From assembly GCA_002633005.1 (NCBI GenBank), contig NMRA01000525.1, positions 258,765 through 303,539 of the forward strand: a stretch of DNA of 44,775 nt, in the 5' to 3' direction. The DNA is from Phoronis australis (Eukaryota; Animalia; Phoronida). Position numbers and translations under genes: made by a program. Below the pieces are notes generated by a model. The model was not told where the DNA came from. It saw only the letters and a list, made by a program, of their open reading frames with translations, and made no database searches. Positions 38,561-44,775 of the stretch are shown in pieces. Position 1 is the stretch's first letter; each line of letters begins with the position of its first letter.

Positions 38561-40090
38561 CCTTCTCGACGCTAAATGTACTTTGCTTTCTCTTCACTCT
38601 ATACACTTTGTCTCTGATCCGAACAGTATGGCGAACGACTTGGGTTCAACCCATGACGTTGTACATAATTATTATTTTTTCAATTTTTGCGTGTTTCTTT
38701 ATGAGCTGTGCACTAAAGCCACTAAAATCTAGTAAGATATAATAATAATAAAAGTTATTTTGAGGTACTAGAGTCATGCTGTGTACACTTTAACCTCAAA
38801 AAGTGCCCATGTGTGATTTTCATCTTTCATACCCCATAATCATAGACGTAAGATATGACATTCGTGCAGAACTTCAAAAATGCAAAGTAAAAGTGATAAT
38901 GGTCGAATTAATGTGCTGGAATTTTAAGAACCAACTTTCTCCGCAGAATAACGACATCAAATAAATTCTCAAAATACGGGCATATTACATCCGCCTATTG
39001 CCAAAAAAGTTGCTGTTGCGCATAACAACAGAAAAGAAGAAAGGACGGAGACTGACAAAAATAGCTGCATTTTCAAAATCACGGTGTTGTATTGACTGGG
39101 AAGCAGCTAGTCTAAGGGAACTCATTACAGTGAGTCAAAAGACCAAATGTGAAGAAAACTTCCAAATCTTGTTATTCAAAAAACGGTTGCATTGTCCATT
39201 GTCCAATGTTCAACATTACAACTCGCCTTCAATCTTCGATTATTGGTGTTCAACCGAAGTGAACTCATGCAACAGTGACACTAGGTTATCTTATTTGACC
39301 CTGTGCCCAGACGAATATGCATCGGCACGCAACGTGGCATTAACCTGACAACCTATTACGCAACTGATGCTCTAGCTCAAAAATAGCAGCTGACCACCGG
39401 GTCGGCTGATGGCTGGTTGGCAATCAAGGTCGTCAGTGGAGTCGGCTCGGGGATTGCCTTATGAGTCGGTACTGTGGCTAAAAATTAGCCCAGTGGTCAG
39501 TTATTTTGCTGACTGGTGATCGACTCTTAGCCAACCGGTCAGACAAAAATTTGTGATGTGTTGTAAAAGTCAGGGGGTAGAAACCAGTCCATGGCTGCAA
39601 CTCTAAACTGCTGCCACCATCCTCTAATCACCAGACCCAGGGACAACTGAACAGTCACAAAAAATGGGGTACTTTTTAATTCTTAGATACATGTCCCTAA
39701 ACGCCATATACACGTTGGGACCACATTCATCACTAGAATTATTATAATTAACCAGTAATTTAAATTCCTGTAGCTATAATTAGAGTCATATTTAGTCAAA
39801 TCACGTATGTGTCTATTCACCCAAACTTGATTTGTACATGAGCCTTATAATATATAGCTTAAATTATTTTCTCCAAAGCATACTTACTTCCAACGACTTC
39901 CAATTCCACCTAGCTGCTTCTGTCAACTGTAAGACAAATACGTAATTTGTAAAGTTCCATTTACACTACATAAGCCGACATGGATCAGCTGACAAGGATG
40001 ATCGGGCGGAACTATGTGACCATGTAAACAGAAGTGTCATGGTGCAAATTGCTAGGTAGAGCAAGTTACGCCCGATAATCGTGCTCCGTG

Positions 40091-40245
40091 TTAAGGATAT
40101 ATTTCAAACCATATTCACAAAAATTGGCCATTTTTACAATATTTCACGTGTCTAGCAAAATACCTTATGTTCATTCTCGGGGAACTTCAAATAACAAATA
40201 CAAACCGCGTAGCGGAAAAAAGACGTAGCAGAACCACCTTGGAAC
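40091..40245 (-). mobile_element. Terminal fragment of the 21281-22211 element family
   Basis: ttaaggatat...aaaaattggcca...ggggaacttcaaata...gcagaaccaccttggaac is the reverse complement of 22061-22215. Confidence 0.8.
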
Positions 40246-41039
40246 AACACAACTGCGTGGATATTTATATACTACTTATCCAAGGTCAAAGGTTATAGGG
40301 CGGTCACTCAAATCGAATCTCGCGCCAGGTACAGAACAGCTTCGTATACCCTCAGTCCTTTCATTAACAAAGTCGCCATAACATAGAGTCATCGAGGTGT
40401 ACTTATGATAGAATGGTGCCAGGGAAAAAAAAGACAAAATTAGTAGTTTTGATCCTTTGGGAGTTGTGTATCAACAAATACGACCGTTGGCGTTGAGAAC
40501 GAATGCTACCAGTCGCCTCACGTCTCTGTGATCACAAGCAAGTTGTGAAAAGAGATAAATCCTCACCCTAATTCTTTAATTCAATTAATAAATTCACACT
40601 TCAATGTTTCGATCTCGAAAATTTACATGCTACAGACAATCGAAGCACAAATGGCTCAGTTCATGATTTCATTGACAGAATGAAGGATTATTGCATAAAA
40701 ATGTTGATTGCGGGAGTATTTGTTCAAGCTGGAAGAATCTATATTACAGATTCCAACTGATACTATCGTACACTCCAACTGTACGTAATAACATGACTGA
40801 TAGTTGGGGCTTAGTGTAATTCGCAGAAAATCTTCCAGCAATATGCCATCCCCTACTAGCTGACTAGCTAATCACACATAACCTACTCAATAAAAACCTT
40901 GATTAACAATGTCTTTGGACTTCACAGATTACAAACATCAGTTAACCAGAAATGAACACTTAGGTATTAAAGTGAAAATGAAAGTGCTCAGAGGAGCGAA
41001 GCTTGGCGGAAAAAAAAACAATAAAAAATTTCCATTGTC

Positions 41040-41312
41040 GGCGCATCGCCAAGTTTTCGCCCTGGGATTTCAGCACAATTTTCTGTAAAATGATCGTAAT
41101 TTAACAACGAAGTTTGATAGTAATGCTCCACAGTTTTGTAGAAAGTATGTCATAGGCTACAGATATATCACAGCGTAAATTTGATGAATCCTAACTTACG
41201 ATTTCACCCGTTTCTTGAGACAGGGTTTCAACTGCCTTGGGTTATAATAAGCGCCTCCCCCCCGAAACAAATTTTACTAACCTCCCCGGGCGCCTTATTA
41301 CGGCAAATACGG
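41040..41312 (+). mobile_element. Terminal fragment of the mariner-like family at 32081-33565
   Basis: Aligns with 33300-33565; ends GGCAAATACGG|TA. Confidence 0.8.
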
Positions 41313-42731
41313 TACTCTTAACTGCCTCTTAGTAAAGTGAACTATGTTTACTGTCTGTGAAATCAGGCTCTCAGTTGATGCTGAGGGGTGAAGTACCAAG
41401 CCATCCAAGGTTTTAAACATGACGCGGCAATTTTTAAACTTGACGCACTTTCCCCAGTGGACGTGGCAAAATCCAAACTTGTTGAGTCAAAACAGGTCGT
41501 GCAGAACACTGGAAATGATGATGACAGTGGTGATAATGGTGGCCGCGATGATGATCATAATAATTGCTATCATAATTTATGATGAATGAGGATTTCAGAA
41601 ATGAGTAAGAAATATACGTAGGCTTGTTCAGTAGAAGGTAAGCCAACAAGAGTATAGCAAAATTCAATCAACAAAGGAACAGCGACATCAGGAAATCCCG
41701 GATGATTAAAAAACGAGACGTCGTAGCGAAAAATGGAAAACATTTTCTGAAAGCCTGTTCGAAACTCTATCTACCAGATTAGTTTTACAAAATTCCACAA
41801 TTTTTTCAAGAAATTTCAAATTTTGCATTTTTTTGAAATTGAATGTCAAATAACTCGAAAACGGTAAGTTTGAGAAAAAATTGTTACAGTTCATTTGAAA
41901 GTAGAAAATTTACATGCAAAATTTCACATCATTTGCCCTTCCTGTTCAAAATGGCACCTCAGCACGTTTGAAAATTGATGAAAATGCGTCAGGTCAGCCA
42001 CTTTGAAAACAACTTCCAGTTGATCAACCCTGGACAATAGCAAGCTACAAGAAATTAACGCATGAAAAATTTCGAATTAATTGGTCCTACAATGCGCCCT
42101 CAACAGGACAAAACATTTTCGTCCTACAATTGAGGTGCGCATGTGCAATGGCCGATATTTCGGCCATCAATGTGGGGATAGTTCGTGGTAGTACAGTTGG
42201 GTTTCCTGGTTCTTGGTTGAACGGTAAATAGATATGAAGCATGCATGTCTATGAGAATCAAAACGACTTTGGCGAAGAATTCCAACTCCACTTTTTTGGT
42301 CGCTGTTAACTTTGCTCAGGGCGCTCGATAACCACCAAACAAGTTAGGCCATAACTAGTACGAGACTGAGCAAAGCCCATGACCTGGCGGCTGACACTTT
42401 CAAAAAGTAGCCCGTGAAGATATCCGGAGAAATTTGTGTTTGTGAACTGGTATGATTTCATGTTACTTCCTCAAAATGGCACCTGGTGAGAAAAGATCGA
42501 GTGAACCTCGAGATTTTTTTTTCAAAAATTCATTATAGTTGATAAACAAGTACAAAAACAAACATGTCCATTCATTCCCGCATGCACACATCAGGAAACC
42601 ATTCTCGTATCTCGTATAAAGTAAACAACTGCTACACAGAGTTAACGTGCACAATGAAATTTTCCCATTCCCAGAGAAACTGTCAAACACAAATTTTTTG
42701 TACGTAACAAATTTTTCAGCACTATAATACT

Positions 42732-44348
42732 AACAAGAGCAACGCGGAGCGTTGAAATGCGCCCACAATTGCACCGCATACGGTATCCTTCTAGGGTTGT
42801 TTATTGGTACCATAAAGTGGCCAGTAGAGGGCATACTTTGCAAAATAGAAAGGCATGGTCATTGTCTCCTCATCAGGCTAGGGGCAAAATGTGAGTAATC
42901 TTCATAATACAAGCACATCCTATACACCAGTTGCTTAAAGCACCACAAAAACATAGAATTAAAAACAAATTTACCAACATACGAGATTAGCACAGCATTA
43001 GAATGCCAGAAACAAATTTCTACTTGGAACTTTTCCTTCACAGTCACGAAGTAACACAAAGTATACACCTGAAGACCTATGAAAATACAGAGGTCAATGT
43101 AAAATACTAAAATTGCCACTAGAGGCAAATACTAAAATTGCCACTAGAGGCATACNNNNNNNNNNNNNNNNNNNNNNNNNNNNNNNNNNNNNNNNNNNNN
43201 NNNNNNNNNNNNNNNNNNNNNNNNNNNNNNNNNNNNNNNNNNNNNNNNNNNNNNNNNNNNNNNNNNNNNNNNNNNNNNNNNNNNNNNNNNNNNNNNNNNN
43301 NNNNNNNNNNNNNNNNNNNNNNNNNNNNNNNNNNNNNNNNNNNNNNNNNNNNNNNNNNNNNNNNNNNNNNNNNNNNNNNNNNNNNNNNNNNNNNNNNNNN
43401 NNNNNNNNNNNNNNNNNNNNNNNNNNNNNNNNNNNNNNNNNNNNNNNNNNNNNNNNNNNNNNNNNNNNNNNNNNNNNNNNNNNNNNNNNNNNNNNNNNNN
43501 NNNNNNNNNNNNNNNNNNNNNNNNNNNNNNNNNNNNNNNNNNNNNNNNNNNNNNNNNNNNNNNNNNNNNNNNNNNNNNNNNNNNNNNNNCTCACTAATAG
43601 GTGCCTACATACCAAATTTCATGAAAATCCGTTCAGGACTTTTGAAGATACAAAGGTAAGCGTAAAAAACTAAAATTGCCACTAGGGGACACACCGGTAG
43701 TCGGATCCGACCAAAAGTCGTCATCTTCCGTTGTTAACATCATATAAATATACTTACACAATTTCGTAACGATCCTGCGAACGGTTTAGGAGATACAGCC
43801 ATAGGCGCAAAAAAACAAAACTGCCACTAGGAGGCGCCACAGTAGTCGAAATCGTCGGAAAATCATCGTCAACCGTCCTCTACATAGTAAGCATATACAT
43901 GCCAATTTTCACAATCATCCTTTGAGCGGTTTGGTTGATAGAGGGGTGGACGCACAAAAACAGACTCGAAAACACTAAAAATGGCCACTAGGTGGCGCAA
44001 ACTATGCCGAATCCATCTGAAAACGGGAGGATAGCGTCATCTCACTAATAGGTGCCTACATACCAAATTTCATGAAAATCCATTCAGGACTTGTGAAGAT
44101 ACAAAGGTAAGCGTAAAAATCTAAAATTGCCACTAGGGGGCACACCTGTACTCGGATCCATCCGAAAGTTCGCACATGCCGTCCCATTCATGAATGGAAC
44201 ATATGTGCCAAATTTCATGAACGTATGTCAAAGGGTTTTGGAGATAGAGTAGCGGACGCCGGACGCCAGACGCCGGACGGACGCCGCCTGGACGGACGGA
44301 CAGAGATGACGGCATAATGCGTCCACATATAAATATGTGGGCGCATAA
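42732..44348 (-). mobile_element. Full-length HINE/DINE-1-like element (spans a gap)
   Basis: Minus strand: TT-ATGCGCCCAC ATATTTATAT GTGGACGCAT, GTCC microsatellite, 451-bp trimeric repeat, GTGGGCGCAT 3' subTIR, TTCAACGCTCCGCGTTG hairpin, CTCTTGTT; highly similar to the 35903 copy. Confidence 0.88.
43156..43589. other. Assembly gap
   Basis: Run of N. Confidence 1.
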
Positions 44349-44775
44349 TAAGCATATTTAACAAACTTGTGAATATTAGGTATATTTTTGTGACATCTCT
44401 CCTTGTAAATGTACTGTTTGGCAAGTAACAGCAAAATGTTAAATAGAAAATCATGCACCTGACAGAGTGCAAGAATAACACGTTTATAAGAGGGCAAGCT
44501 GAATGAGGAATTTTTGAAGTAATTTCTGAATTCCTTCCACAAATCTTGTACAGGGCGAACCTCGAGATTTTCATGGATATCTCATGTTGACTAGTAAATG
44601 GTCTTCAGTGTCGTGTTCATTTAGACAGTGCCACCGTCTCAACTAGCAGTATAGACAGTGCCACCGTCCTGACTGGCCTAGCTCACACTGATTAACACAT
44701 TAAGAGTGAAGTACGGCTCACAGCAGGCAAAAATGCACAGAGGGGTGATAAACCCAATGTCACCGATTCGAACCA

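Noticed and set aside
43094-43673. Long ORFs in the track (also 36190-36470)
   Set aside because: Artefacts of N runs.

Overview
AT-rich eukaryotic (invertebrate-animal-like) genomic DNA with two assembly gaps. It is dominated by one intron-rich minus-strand gene encoding a LIV-1-subfamily ZIP zinc transporter (SLC39A10/SLC39A6/foi-like). Eight coding exons were reconstructed by hand with GT-AG boundaries and consistent phases: 29732-29349, 27372-27177, 14824-14655, 13741-13583, 9125-9023, 5315-4788, 4259-4179, 2208-2021. The final exon(s) should lie left of the window; a candidate promoter and non-coding first exon lie near 35.5-35.8 kb. Introns and flank are full of non-autonomous mobile elements: Helentron-associated (HINE/DINE-1-like) elements whose 145/161-bp monomers each carry a CTCF-like motif, Kolobok-like TTAA elements (two with THAP relics), Harbinger-, mariner- and hAT-like MITEs, tRNA-derived segments and minisatellites. 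The most notable observations are a 5x tandem metal-response-element (MRE) minisatellite in an intron of the zinc transporter, the CTCF-motif arrays, and a duplicated splice acceptor. I found no CRISPR array, rRNA or intact tRNA gene, and cannot demonstrate a wholly new system from sequence alone.
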